DNA from: Myxococcota bacterium
GTDB taxonomy: Bacteria > Myxococcota_A > Polyangia > Nannocystales > Nannocystaceae
NCBI GenBank assembly: GCA_039028615.1
Contig: JBCCHT010000005.1
Location: forward strand, 160,001 to 224,000
DNA length: 64,000 bases
Direction of reading: 5' to 3'
The notes beneath the pieces were generated by a model. It saw nothing but the letters and a program-made list of their open reading frames with translations. It was not told the DNA's origin and searched no databases. Positions 1 through 13,023 of the stretch are shown in pieces. The translations under genes were made by a program, and so were the position numbers. Every line of letters starts with the position of its first letter. The first letter of the stretch is position 1.

Positions 1-185
1 CAGCAGCTCGACGAGCTGGAGCTGTCGGAAGAGCCGGAGCTACCCGAGCTGGAGCTGCTCGACGAGCTTCCGCTCACCTCGCTGCGCACGGAGTCGAGCT
101 TGCCGGCCATGCTCGTATTCGGCCAAGCACCGAGAGCCACCGCGGCCACGGCTCCCATCATCCAGCGTCGACCCCATCCAATCAT
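1..185 (-). CDS. Secreted protein, N-terminal part only (continues beyond the window edge)
   Basis: Read by hand: ATG at 185 gives MIGWGRRWMMGAVAAVALGAWPNTSMAGKLDSVRSEVSGSSSSSSSSGSS..., a signal-peptide-like start then a Ser-rich linker, open to base 1. Confidence 0.6.
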   Translation of the reverse strand, partial: MIGWGRRWMMGAVAAVALGAWPNTSMAGKLDSVRSEVSGSSSSSSSSGSSGSSDSSSSSSC

Positions 186-423
186 TGCATCATCACCTTG
201 GCACCACGTCTTGGCTCCGGGTAGCGGGGCCTCCCGAGCAAACGTACGGGGGAACGCCCGGGGTGGTGATGCGCGTCACCGGGGGGAATCCCCCTTGCCG
301 CTGGTGGGGGGCGAGCGGTCTGTGGGCGTCTGGCGGGGGCTATTCGCGGGCCGAGGCGGGGCGCTTTGACCGGCGAGATTTTCTTTTGACCGCGCTCGGC
401 CCGGGGCGACATGATTCCGGTCC

Positions 424-1953
424 GTGTCCCTTTTCTTGCCTCGTACGTCGCTTGCCCTGCTGTTGCTCGCTCCGGTTGCCTGTGGCGACGACATCCCCAG
501 TTCCGATGGGGGCAGCACAGGTGATGGAGGCTCGACGACGGGCGCTGACGGCACGAGCACGACCGATCCGGTCGCCGACGAGGGCAGCACCGCGGCCCCG
601 GCCACGAGCGACTCGGGCGGGCAGGAGAGCACCGACGAAACGGGCTTCGACCCCGCCGACCCGGTGTGCGGCAACGGCTTCGTGGAAGAGGACGAAGAGT
701 GCGACGACGGGAACGCCGACGATGCCGATGCCTGCTCCAACGCGTGTCAGATCCCCTGCGGTCTCCAGTGGGACCAGCTGGTCCTGGGGCCCACCCTCGA
801 CTCGGTGATCGAGGGCTTGGGCGTCGCTCGGGACGCGGGCGATCAGGTGATCATCAGCGGCCTGCTCCGCGAGGTGACGGTCGAGATGGACGGCACCACG
901 ACGGTCGGTGAGGACACGGTGCTGGTGCAGTCGCACATGTCCGAAGGCGCGGGCATGGTGTGGGAGCAGGTCCTGGACGACCCCGAGGGTGACGTGAACT
1001 TCGCCGGGGTGGCCGTGGACGCGGCGGGCGAGATTTACGTGGCCGCGACCGTCGATGCGGCCGACGGTGGCCGGGCGATCCGGGCGTACCGACTCGCGGC
1101 GGCCGATGGCGCAGTCACCTGGGTGCACGATTTCGACGGGGCCTTCGCGGGCGAAGACGAGCTGGCCTTCGGCATCGCGGTGGGCCCCGACGGGCAGCCG
1201 GTCGTGTCCGGGCAGGTCCGCGCGGGCGATGGCGACGACGACGTCTGGGTGCGCAAGCTCGATGCGGCCGACGGCTCCGAGGTCTGGACCGAGACCTATA
1301 GCGGCCTGGGCTCGGGGGGCTTTTCCACCGACGACGGTGGGCCCATCGCGATCGGCGACGACGGCTCGATCTACGTCCTGGCGCGCATCTACGTGGACTT
1401 TCAGACCGCTCCGGGCACGCTGTTGCGCTTTGGCCCCGACGGCGGTGCGCCCACCTGGACCTTCGCCCCGACCCCCGCGGGGGCCGACCAGACCTTCAAC
1501 CCCGAGACGGTCACCGTGGCCAGCGATGGCGGACCGGTGATGGCCGTGTCCCGCGTCGACGGGGCGGACTTCAACTTCTGGGTCTACAAGCTCGACGCCG
1601 CCGGGCAGGAGCAGTGGCTGCTCGAGCGCGAGGACTTCGAGATCGAGGGCCAGGGCAGCGACTGGATCCTCGAGGACATCTCGACCAACGACGAGGAGCT
1701 GATCGTGCTCGGGCGCTATCGCAACGACGACGGCTTCGACGGTCAGTCCTGGTCGGAGCCCTGGATCTCGCGGCTCGATGGCGATGCCAACCTGCGCTGT
1801 CAGGTCCTCCACCAGGGCGACGTCAACGGGTTGCTGCCGCCCTCGCTGTTCGGCTACGGGGTGGCGACCGGTTCGGCCGGCAACGCGCTGGTGGCCGGAG
1901 AGCTCGCGTCCGAAGACGAGTCGGGCCTGTGGTTCGGCAGCTTCCGCAACTGA
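424..1953 (+). CDS. Lipoprotein with DUF4215 Cys-rich repeat and beta-propeller (PQQ/SBBP-like) region
   Basis: Lipobox LAPVAC; acidic Gly/Ser/Thr linker; CGNGFVEEDEECDDGN...ACSNAC repeat; repeated GxAV...W blades. Confidence 0.8.
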   Translation: MSLFLPRTSLALLLLAPVACGDDIPSSDGGSTGDGGSTTGADGTSTTDPVADEGSTAAPATSDSGGQESTDETGFDPADPVCGNGFVEEDEECDDGNADDADACSNACQIPCGLQWDQLVLGPTLDSVIEGLGVARDAGDQVIISGLLREVTVEMDGTTTVGEDTVLVQSHMSEGAGMVWEQVLDDPEGDVNFAGVAVDAAGEIYVAATVDAADGGRAIRAYRLAAADGAVTWVHDFDGAFAGEDELAFGIAVGPDGQPVVSGQVRAGDGDDDVWVRKLDAADGSEVWTETYSGLGSGGFSTDDGGPIAIGDDGSIYVLARIYVDFQTAPGTLLRFGPDGGAPTWTFAPTPAGADQTFNPETVTVASDGGPVMAVSRVDGADFNFWVYKLDAAGQEQWLLEREDFEIEGQGSDWILEDISTNDEELIVLGRYRNDDGFDGQSWSEPWISRLDGDANLRCQVLHQGDVNGLLPPSLFGYGVATGSAGNALVAGELASEDESGLWFGSFRN

Positions 1954-2057
1954 GCCGACCTGGCGCCCAGGTTTGACGAGGTCCCGATCGGGTGCTAACC
2001 CGAGCGGGTCTCGACGTTCATTCGTCGAAGTGGAACCGCATGGCTCTGCCCACCTTC

Positions 2058-2135
2058 ATGACTGGCCGAATCGGCAAGGACACCGCGACGCGGGAGGTCT
2101 TGCTGTGCTTTCGGCTAGGCGTGCGCGTGCGCTGA
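2058..2135 (+). promoter_or_regulatory. Candidate leader peptide (uORF) in the 5' leader of the EF-G paralog
   Basis: ATG 2058-TGA 2135 encodes MTGRIGKDTATREVLLCFRLGVRVR; GGGAGG at about 2092 precedes in-frame TTG/CTG alternative starts; followed by a 270-nt leader with alternative pairings. Confidence 0.35.
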
Positions 2136-2402
2136 GGCCGTCGAGCGTTTCCCTCGCTCTTCAACATCCCCGGCGCGACGACGCACGCTGCGACTGAGCC
2201 TGTTTGTGGCTCGGAACGCCGTTCGTGCATTGGTTTCGTGGCCATGCGGACCCGCGTCCGAGCCCCTCACCACCCGTAGGCCATGCGGGCGGCGACGCCT
2301 CATGGGCGTCGTGTGCCTGGGTGCGTGGCCCACCACCACTGCGGCGTCGCCACGTCGGGGTCTCGGCCCCGCGCGGCCTCGTCACGGAGAGCGATTTTCG
2401 AA

Positions 2403-4472
2403 ATGAACACCATCCACAACCTTCGCAACGTCGGAATCCTGGCTCATGTCGACGCGGGCAAGACCACGCTCGCCGAGCGCTTCTTGTTCTACACGGGGCG
2501 AATCCATCGCATGACCGAGGTCCGCGACAAGGGCGGGGGCGGAGCGACCATGGACTCCCGCGCGGACGAACAGCGGCGCGGGATCACCATCAAGTCGGCG
2601 GCCACCCGCGTGTCGTGGGCGGAGCACGAGATCAACCTCATCGACACTCCGGGGCACATCGACTTCACCATCGAGGTCGAACGCTCGCTGCGAGTGCTCG
2701 ACGGGGCGGTCCTTGTGCTCTGTGCGGTGGCGGGCGTCCAAGCCCAGACCGGATCGGTCGACCGTCAGATGCAGCGTTACGGCGTGCCGTGCATCGCGTT
2801 CATCAACAAGATGGACCTGGCGGGGGCGGATGCCTTCACCGTGCTCGAGCAGCTTCGCGACAAGCTGGGTCACAACGCGGCCCTGCTCAACCTTCCCATC
2901 GGGCGCGAGCGTGCGTTCGAGGGGGTGGTCGACGTCCTCAGCGGCGAAGCCATCTACTTCGAAGGAGAGCAGGGGGAGCAGCTGAGGCGGGCGCCCATGC
3001 CCGAGTCGATGCGGGAGACCGTGGCGGCGCATCGGGGGCGCCTGGTCGAGGCGCTGGCGGAGGTCGACGAGTCGATCCTCGCCCGCTACGTCGAAGGCCT
3101 GCCCATCGACGACGACGAGCTTCGTCGGGCCGCTCGGGCGGCGACCATTGCTCGTCGCTTGACCCCCGTCGTGTGCGGGGCGGCGCGATCCAACCGGGGC
3201 GTGCAGCCCCTGCTGGACGCGGTGGTGGCCTATCTCCCCCACCCGGGGGAGGTCGAAAACCACGCCTTCGACCTCGACACCGGGGCCGAGACTCCGCTGC
3301 ACTGCGACCCCGAGCGTCCCCTGCGGGCGCTGGCCTTCAAGGCGGTCGAAGACGCCTACGGGGGCCTGACCTACCTGCGGATCTACCAGGGTCGCCTGGG
3401 CCGCGGAGACACCGTCCATGTCGAAGGGCGCAAGCTACGAGCCGGTCGCCTGGTGCGTATGCACTCCCACGCCATGACGGAAATCGACCACGCCGAAGCG
3501 GGCGACATCATCGCTCTTTTCGGTTCGGCCGTGAGCACCGGGCAGGTGCTCACCCCCCACGGGTCGCAGCGCGTCTCGATGCGCCCGATCAACGTACCCA
3601 AGCCGGTGGTGTCCTACGCCATCGTTCCCAAGGACAAGTCCATGCTCGACAAATTCTCACGTGTCGTCTCGCGCCTGTGCCGAGAGGACCCCACGCTGTC
3701 CGTGTCGCACGACGCTCAGTCGGGCGAGACGCTCTTGTCGGGCATGGGAGAGCTGCACCTCGAGGTGTATTGCGATCTCATGCTCGAAGAGCACGGCATC
3801 GAGCTTTACCGGAGTGCACCGTTGGTGAACTACCGCGAGACCCTCGCGGAGCCGGTGGGGTTCGACCACCTGCACAAGAAGCAAGACGGCGGCAACGGCC
3901 AGTTCGCCAAGGTCGTGGGTCGTCTCTGTCCCACCGAGCAGGCCTATGTCTTCGACGACCGGGTCAAGGGCGGGGCCATCGCCCGCGAGTACATCTCGGC
4001 CTGTGATCGTGGCTTCCGCGAAGCCATGCAGCAGGGCCCGCTGCTCGATGCCCCGCTCAGCGGGGTGCAGGTGGTGCTCGAGGACGGCAAGACCCACGGC
4101 ACCGATTCCAGCGACCTGGCCTTCCAGATCGCGTCTCGCGATGCGCTGACTCGGGCCCTGGCCCGGTCTCAGGGCAGCGTGGCCGTGTTGGAGCCGATGA
4201 TGACCGTCGAGGTCGATGCGCCCAGCGAGTACGTGGGTGCAGTGCAGTCGGGCTTGGTCCGGCGCCGCGGGCAGATCACCGATACCGAGATCGGTACATC
4301 TTCGGCTCGCATCCAGGCTCGGGTCCCCTTGGCCGAGATGTTCGGCTACGCGGGCGACTTGCGTGGGGTGACCCAAGGCAAGGGCGAGCACAGCATGGAG
4401 CTTGCCGACTACCAGCGGGTCCCCGCATCGGTCCAGCGTGAGCTGGTCGCTCGCCATCGCGGCGAGGCATGA
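2403..4472 (+). CDS. fusA: Elongation factor G (stand-alone paralog, not in a str operon)
   Basis: AHVDAGKTT, RGITI, DTPGHIDF, NKMD, GMGELHLE, LEPMMTVEV, VPLAEMFGY; start ATG 2403 (MNTIHNLRNVG). Confidence 0.95.
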   Translation: MNTIHNLRNVGILAHVDAGKTTLAERFLFYTGRIHRMTEVRDKGGGGATMDSRADEQRRGITIKSAATRVSWAEHEINLIDTPGHIDFTIEVERSLRVLDGAVLVLCAVAGVQAQTGSVDRQMQRYGVPCIAFINKMDLAGADAFTVLEQLRDKLGHNAALLNLPIGRERAFEGVVDVLSGEAIYFEGEQGEQLRRAPMPESMRETVAAHRGRLVEALAEVDESILARYVEGLPIDDDELRRAARAATIARRLTPVVCGAARSNRGVQPLLDAVVAYLPHPGEVENHAFDLDTGAETPLHCDPERPLRALAFKAVEDAYGGLTYLRIYQGRLGRGDTVHVEGRKLRAGRLVRMHSHAMTEIDHAEAGDIIALFGSAVSTGQVLTPHGSQRVSMRPINVPKPVVSYAIVPKDKSMLDKFSRVVSRLCREDPTLSVSHDAQSGETLLSGMGELHLEVYCDLMLEEHGIELYRSAPLVNYRETLAEPVGFDHLHKKQDGGNGQFAKVVGRLCPTEQAYVFDDRVKGGAIAREYISACDRGFREAMQQGPLLDAPLSGVQVVLEDGKTHGTDSSDLAFQIASRDALTRALARSQGSVAVLEPMMTVEVDAPSEYVGAVQSGLVRRRGQITDTEIGTSSARIQARVPLAEMFGYAGDLRGVTQGKGEHSMELADYQRVPASVQRELVARHRGEA

Positions 4473-4480
4473 ACAACGAC

Positions 4481-4521
4481 GACGCCGGGGAGGGTCTACG
4501 GGCCCTTCCCGGCGTCTTTTT
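4481..4521 (+). terminator. Rho-independent terminator after the EF-G gene
   Basis: GACGCCGGGGAGGG...CCCTTCCCGGCGTC stem followed by TTTTT. Confidence 0.85.
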
Positions 4522-4545
4522 CGTGGCGGCGCGGCCCTCCGAGCG

Positions 4546-6198
4546 CTACCGGACGACGGAGTAGATATCCGCCACGTCGGCGGGCCGCAGCTCGGTCGGC
4601 ACCGCGCGGTCGGGCAGCGCGATGTCGAGGGTCTGCACGTCGGCGAACCCGGCCGGGCGCGGGGCCATGACCTGAATGGTGTCGCTGTCCGGGCGGGTCT
4701 GCACGAAGGCGGGCAGGGTGGTCTCGCCGTCCTCACGGGTCACCACGATGGAAGCGCCCGGGGTGTGCATCGGCTCGGGCAGGCCGCCGGGGGCGGTCCA
4801 CCATTCCTCGGTGCCGTCGGAGTAGATGGCACCCATCAGCAGGCCATCGCCGGGGGTCTCGGTCATGTCGGCGCGGCTCCAGCTGGTGAGGATCTCGATG
4901 ACCCCCATGGTCAGCTCCCACGCGTAGTCGGAGACCCACTCGTTGCTGCAGTAGGTCATGTAGTCGCGGCCACCCGTGGGCGATCGCAGGGCGAAGTCGT
5001 GGATGCCGAAGCCCCACACGCCGATGCGACCGTTGGGGTGCGGGTAGGCGAGGTCGGGCCCGCCTTCGCCTCCGCTGCACAGCACGTGGTAGCGGCCCTG
5101 GGTGTGGCCGACCTCGTGGGTGAAGGTCTCGGCCGCCGCTGCGCCGCTGCCGTTCCAGCGCCCGGTGGAGATCCGCTGCTGGGCCATCTCGGGCGTGGGC
5201 GGAATGGGCGGGATGCCGATGGCCTGGCCGAGCAGGCCGGGCGGGTAGCCATCGCAGGGATCGACCAGCCCGTAGTAGTAGACGTGCGGCGGCGGGTTAT
5301 CCATGGCGCGCCGCTGGGCCAGGGCGGAGAGCACGGGGCTGAAGCTCGTGCCCGAGGTGCCGATGGGATCGGTGTAGGGCATGGGCTCGCCGATGCTCAT
5401 CACCGCTCGCTGCACCGGGTTGTTCTGCTCGAGGTCCTGCCCCATCGCGGTGGCGTCTTCCTCGGTGATGTTGGGCATGCACTCCTCGCCCTCGAACTCG
5501 TGGCGGACGGGGATGAGCACGACCTCGAGCTCCAGGGGCACGTCGTACACGCCCAGGGTGCCGCGGCTGGCCAGCGGCAGGATGGGCGGGGGATCGGAGA
5601 TTTCGCCCGTAGCGAGGGTGGGGTCGGACTCGAGCAGGCGCACGCGATACAGCGCCCCGTCGACGACGTCCTCGGGCTCGAGCAACCACTGGAACGAGGC
5701 GCCGCCGTCGTTGCTGTCGCCATCGACCATCAGCGGGAAGTCCTGCACCAGCTGGTTGCCATCGGGGTAGTCGATGACCAAGCGTCCGATGATCTCGCGC
5801 GGGGTGAAGTCGGCGTGCAGGGTCCAGAACGCGCGCAGCAGCGTGCGGCGACCACTGATGAGCCGGGTGTTGTAGTCGGCGACGTCGACCTCGACACCAT
5901 CGTTGACCAGCTCGACCTGGGTGGCTTGGTTGGCCGTCATCCTCGACAGGCGCATGCCGTGGGCAAAGACCGGGGGCGTGTCGGCGGGGGCGTCGTCCGA
6001 GCCCTCTTGGCCGACCCCCGTGGTGGTGGCCTCTTCCCCCGTCTCGTCGGCGGCGACGGTCGTACCCTCGGCTTCGCCGTCGCTGGTGCTCGCGCCCGTT
6101 CCCGTGCCGTCTCCGGCGGCCGTAGGCTGATCGTCACCGCAACCGGCGACCATGAACAAACACAACCCCCATTGGAGTCCACGACGCATGGGAGGCAC
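4546..6198 (-). CDS. Lipoprotein zinc metallopeptidase (metzincin, M66-like)
   Basis: Lipobox MVAGC; HEVGHTQGRYH (HExxHxxGxxH); GRIGVWGF and DYMTYC Met-turn. Confidence 0.8.
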   Translation of the reverse strand: MPPMRRGLQWGLCLFMVAGCGDDQPTAAGDGTGTGASTSDGEAEGTTVAADETGEEATTTGVGQEGSDDAPADTPPVFAHGMRLSRMTANQATQVELVNDGVEVDVADYNTRLISGRRTLLRAFWTLHADFTPREIIGRLVIDYPDGNQLVQDFPLMVDGDSNDGGASFQWLLEPEDVVDGALYRVRLLESDPTLATGEISDPPPILPLASRGTLGVYDVPLELEVVLIPVRHEFEGEECMPNITEEDATAMGQDLEQNNPVQRAVMSIGEPMPYTDPIGTSGTSFSPVLSALAQRRAMDNPPPHVYYYGLVDPCDGYPPGLLGQAIGIPPIPPTPEMAQQRISTGRWNGSGAAAAETFTHEVGHTQGRYHVLCSGGEGGPDLAYPHPNGRIGVWGFGIHDFALRSPTGGRDYMTYCSNEWVSDYAWELTMGVIEILTSWSRADMTETPGDGLLMGAIYSDGTEEWWTAPGGLPEPMHTPGASIVVTREDGETTLPAFVQTRPDSDTIQVMAPRPAGFADVQTLDIALPDRAVPTELRPADVADIYSVVR

Positions 6199-6272
6199 CG
6201 TATCACGGCCGCGGCCCGACCGAGCGGCGGGTGATCACGGCGGCGGCAGCGGCAGCTTCGGTCCGACGAGGC

Positions 6273-6749
6273 TCAGTCGACGAGGGTGGGGGTGCCGCCC
6301 GGATCGACGTCTTCCACCGTCCGCGACCACACCTGGAGTTCGTCGGTGGGGGCGTAGCCCAGGGCCTCGAAGAACGCGTGGGCTTCTTCTCGGTGCTCTT
6401 GGGGGCTGACCTGTACGTGGTCGAGGCCGCGGCTGTCGGCCCACGCCTCGGCGTGACGCATCAGCGCGCGGCCCACCCCCCGACGCCGGGTGCGAGTGCG
6501 AACCACCATGCCCATGATCTGGACGAAGGGATCACCCCAGAGGGTCTTGCGAACCTCGGCGTGCAGCCAGCCCACGATGTCGCCCGACTCGGTCGCGGCC
6601 ACGAACACGCCGTGCTCGGGGTCGTCGCGAAGTCGCACGAGCCGCTGACGCATGAGGAACTCGGTGCAGTCGTAGCCGAGCTCGAGGCACAGCCGCGCGA
6701 GCATGGACGCGTCCGAGGGCAAGGCCCGGCGAGGTTCGAGCGTAGCCAT
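6273..6749 (-). CDS. GNAT family acetyltransferase
   Basis: RRRGVGRALM acetyl-CoA motif; AHAFFEALGY. Confidence 0.9.
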   Translation of the reverse strand: MATLEPRRALPSDASMLARLCLELGYDCTEFLMRQRLVRLRDDPEHGVFVAATESGDIVGWLHAEVRKTLWGDPFVQIMGMVVRTRTRRRGVGRALMRHAEAWADSRGLDHVQVSPQEHREEAHAFFEALGYAPTDELQVWSRTVEDVDPGGTPTLVD

Positions 6750-6861
6750 GACTCACTGAGGCTACCGGTTCGAGGGGGCCGAGCAAGAGTTTTCGGGGCG
6801 TGGTGGCGTGTGCCGGACCTCGGCCCCCGAACCGCGCGAAGCCGCGCTATGCTGCGGTGGC

Positions 6862-7862
6862 ATGGACCCCCGCATGTGGCTGCGTGCCGTGGCCGTCATC
6901 CCGCGCATCGACAAGCGAGGCTGGGAACGACTCGATCCCGTGGCGCGATGGCTCATTGCGGTGCGGGCCGCGGTGCTGGTGATGACGGTGGTGTCCGCGG
7001 GCCTGGCCGGGCTGCTGGCGCTGCGTGACGGGCACTTCCACGGCCTTCGTTTTGCGCTGGTGCTGGTGGGGTTGGTCTTCGCCCACGCGACCAACAACCT
7101 CGTCAACGACCTGACCGATCACATCAAGGGCATCGATCGCGGCGACTCGTTTCGTGCTCGCTATGGCCCGCAGCCGCTCGAGCACGGCCTGATGACGCCG
7201 CCGCAGATGATGCGGATGATGATGTTCACGGGCGGGGTCGCGCTGGCCTGCGGGGTGGCGCTGGTGGTGCTCACGGGCAGCGCCACGCTGTGGCTGCTGC
7301 TGGCCGGCATCTTCTTCGTGCTCGCCTATACCTGGCCGCTGAAGTACCTCGGCATGGGCGAACCCTCGGTGCTGCTGGTCTGGGGTCCGCTCATGGTCGG
7401 GGGCGGCTACTACGTCATCACCGACACGGTGACCCCCGAGGTGTTGCTCGCCAGCGTGCCCTTTGCCCTGAGCGCGACCGGGGTGCTGTTCGGCAAGCAC
7501 ATCGACAAGCTCGACCAGGACCGCCGCAAGGGCGTGCGCACGCTGCCCGTGTTGCTGGGCGAGGCGAGGGCACGGGCGGTGGCGCGGGCGCTCATCGTCT
7601 CGCCCTACCTGCTCGTCGGGCTCGCGTTCGCCAAGGGGGCGCTGGGGTGGCCCGTGCTGATCGTGCTCGGGGCGGTGCCGGTGGCGATGAAGGTCTTGCC
7701 CGCGTTCCGGTCGCCTCGGCCCACCGCGCCGCCGCCCGAGCTACCGCGCGGCATCTGGCCGCTGTACTTCGTGGCGCTGGCCTTCCACCACATGCGGTGG
7801 TTCGGGGGGCTGTTCGTGCTCGGGGTCGTCATCGACGTCATTCAGCTGCGTTTTTGGGGGGC

Positions 7863-7866
<4 letters not shown>
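6862..7866 (+). CDS. menA: UbiA-family prenyltransferase, MenA-like (DHNA polyprenyltransferase)
   Basis: NNLVNDLTDHIKGID and HIDKLDQDRRKGVRTLPVLLG Asp-rich motifs; LKYLGMGE; multiple TM helices. Confidence 0.75.
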
Positions 7867-10559
<2,693 letters not shown>

Positions 10560-10575
10560 GCGGGCCCGACGAAGG

Positions 10576-13023
10576 TCAGGCCGTCGCTTGCGCGGGCGCG
10601 TCGTCGGCGGGGGCTGGCGTCCAGTCACCCCAGCTCGAGTCACCGCGCAGCATGTGCACCCGACACCGAGCGCCACCGACCACGCGCTGCTCCTCTTCGA
10701 GCAGGCGCCGGAGCACGACGACGTCGCGCTCCTCGATGACGGTGACCACCACGCGCGCGCTCTGCCGGAAGCGGAGCACGCCGCGGAGAGTCGCGAACAT
10801 CTCGCCGTCGTCGTTGGACGCGACGTGAGCCCGACCGAAGGCCTCCTCGATGAGGCGGGCCAGCGGCTCGGTGCGCGCAGCGTCTTCGCTCTCCACCACC
10901 GCCATCAGGCGGTTGTCCAGGCGCAGGCCGGTGTCGGTATCGAAGCCCTCGCCGGCCGCGCGCAGCTTCGCGGCGGCATCTTCGGAGCTCTTCGCGTCGC
11001 GAAGGCCCCGCAACAACACCTCGTCGTGGCAAAGCCGCCCCACGTGGGCGAGGGCCTGCAGGTGCAGCCGCGGATCGTTGGCGGGCGCGAGCAGCACGAA
11101 GAACAAGTCGGCCGTCTCGCCGGCGACCTCGACCGGCTCCTTGGTGGTGACCAAGGCCGCCACGCTGCGCTCCAGCCCGTCGATGGGGGCATGCGGAACG
11201 CTGATGCCGCTGCCGAGCGCCACGTGCCCTTCGATGCGGGTCCGCAGGGCTTCGGCGAGCTCGTCTGCGGGCCGACCCGCGGCCGGTGCCAAGGCCTCGG
11301 CCGCCGCCACGACGACGTCGTCCAGCGACTTGGCATCGACACCGATCCGCGCGCGGGAGGCATCGACGAAGTCCTCCCACGGGGAGTCGGGCGGATCGGC
11401 ATTGATGTCGCGAGGCGCGTAGATGCGCTTCCACTCCTCCCACACCATGCCCATCATCGAGTAGCGGGGCGGGGGCGTGGCCTCGGGACCGCTCGCCTTG
11501 CCCACGAGGGCCTTGCGGTAGCGCTCGGTCAGCTCGTCCCACTCGACGATCATGCCGGGCAGGCCTTCGCTCTCACGGCGTCGGCTCCAGCTGGACAGCA
11601 GCTGCAAGCACGCGTGGTCGATGTGGTCGAGCTGGTCGATGTGCACGTGCAGCTCGCGGTCGGAGGGGACCTCGTCGAGCGCCGCGGCCAGCCGCGGGAG
11701 CTGGAGGAACGTGGCCGAACCGGTCAGGTGCAGGTCTTGGGTCTTGCCCGACTTGCTCGGCTCGCTCCGCACCTGCAGCCGCGCGAAGGTCCAGACGATC
11801 TTGAGGATCGCCGCCGCGAGGCCGGAGATGATGCCGATGAACAGGTCGATGAACACCACGCCGAACAGCGTGATGAGGCAGATCGCCAGCTCGACCTGAC
11901 CCTGCTGGTAAAGCTCCTTGAGCGCCTGGCGGTCGATGAGGCGATAGCCGGTGTAGACCAGGATCGCGCCGAGGCTCGCCTGCGGGATGAGCTCGAGCAG
12001 CTCGGGGGCGGCGGAGACGAACAGCAGCAGCCAGATGCCGTGCATGATCGTGGACTTGCGCGTCATGGCGCCCGCATCCACGTTGACGGAGCTTCGCACG
12101 ATGACGCCGGTCATCGGCAGGCCACCCACCGCGCCCGTGAGGAAGTTGCCCACGCCCTGCGCGAACATCTCGCGGTCGTACTGCGCCTTCGAGCGAGTCT
12201 GCCGCTGGTCGATGGCGTTGGCGGTGAGCAGGGTCGCCGCGCTCGCGATGAACGCGAACATCAGCGACAAGCCGATCATCTCGGCGCTGAGCAGCAGCTC
12301 GTAGTCGGCGAGCTTCGCGGGCTCCAGCCCGTCGAAGAAGTTCGGCGAGATGTCGAGGAACAGCAGGTCCGAGTCGAGGACCGAGGCCGCGATGGTGACC
12401 ACCAGCAACGCGATGAGCTGGCCGGGGACCAGCGCCAGGCGTTTGGGGCGGTACTTCCCCCACAGCACGATCAGCGCGATCGTGACGGTGGAGATGATGA
12501 GCGGGGCCAGGCTCGCCTCGCCGGTCAGCGACGGGGTGAGGCTCTCCGGGAGCGCGACCACGTTGTCGATGAAGCCACCCTTGGGTTCGACATCGACGCA
12601 CACGTGCAGCTCGGCGGTGAGGATCAGGACACCGATCCCGATGAGCATGCCGATGATCACCGCGGGGGCGACCGCCCGGAACCAACGCCCGAGCTTGAAG
12701 ATGCCGGCCAGCGCCTGCCAGACGCCGGCCATGGCGACCACGGGCGCGAGCGCGACCAAGCCGTGGTTCTGGATCAGATCCACGACGGGCACGATGAGGC
12801 TCGCCGCCGGACCGCTGACGAGCAGCGGCGCTCCAGAGAACACGCCGACGATGATGCCGCCGATGATGCCGGTGACCAGGCCTCGCTCGGCCGGAACTCC
12901 ACAGGCGACCGCGATGCCGATGCACAGCGGCAGGGCCACGAGGAACACCACCGTGGACGCCAGGAAGTCGGGCAGCCAGGTGCCCTTTGCTTTCGAGTTG
13001 GAATTGGAGTCTTTTTCGCTCAC
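10576..13023 (-). CDS. SulP/SLC26 anion (bicarbonate-type) transporter with STAS-like, PTS IIA and possible PII-like C-terminal domains
   Basis: VFLVALPLCIGIAVACG, VSGPAA, GGLPMTGVIVRSSVN; STAS-like LTGSATFL..IDHAC; PTS IIA motif ALGSGISVPHA and HLQALA. Confidence 0.9.
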   Translation of the reverse strand: MSEKDSNSNSKAKGTWLPDFLASTVVFLVALPLCIGIAVACGVPAERGLVTGIIGGIIVGVFSGAPLLVSGPAASLIVPVVDLIQNHGLVALAPVVAMAGVWQALAGIFKLGRWFRAVAPAVIIGMLIGIGVLILTAELHVCVDVEPKGGFIDNVVALPESLTPSLTGEASLAPLIISTVTIALIVLWGKYRPKRLALVPGQLIALLVVTIAASVLDSDLLFLDISPNFFDGLEPAKLADYELLLSAEMIGLSLMFAFIASAATLLTANAIDQRQTRSKAQYDREMFAQGVGNFLTGAVGGLPMTGVIVRSSVNVDAGAMTRKSTIMHGIWLLLFVSAAPELLELIPQASLGAILVYTGYRLIDRQALKELYQQGQVELAICLITLFGVVFIDLFIGIISGLAAAILKIVWTFARLQVRSEPSKSGKTQDLHLTGSATFLQLPRLAAALDEVPSDRELHVHIDQLDHIDHACLQLLSSWSRRRESEGLPGMIVEWDELTERYRKALVGKASGPEATPPPRYSMMGMVWEEWKRIYAPRDINADPPDSPWEDFVDASRARIGVDAKSLDDVVVAAAEALAPAAGRPADELAEALRTRIEGHVALGSGISVPHAPIDGLERSVAALVTTKEPVEVAGETADLFFVLLAPANDPRLHLQALAHVGRLCHDEVLLRGLRDAKSSEDAAAKLRAAGEGFDTDTGLRLDNRLMAVVESEDAARTEPLARLIEEAFGRAHVASNDDGEMFATLRGVLRFRQSARVVVTVIEERDVVVLRRLLEEEQRVVGGARCRVHMLRGDSSWGDWTPAPADDAPAQATA

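Noticed and set aside
7290..7862. Long N-terminal extensions in the ORF track (also 33200-34564, 41947-42285, 22803-23057, 20198-20356)
   Set aside because: They overlap neighbouring genes and have low-complexity Arg/Gly/Ala content; better starts exist with SD or stop-start coupling
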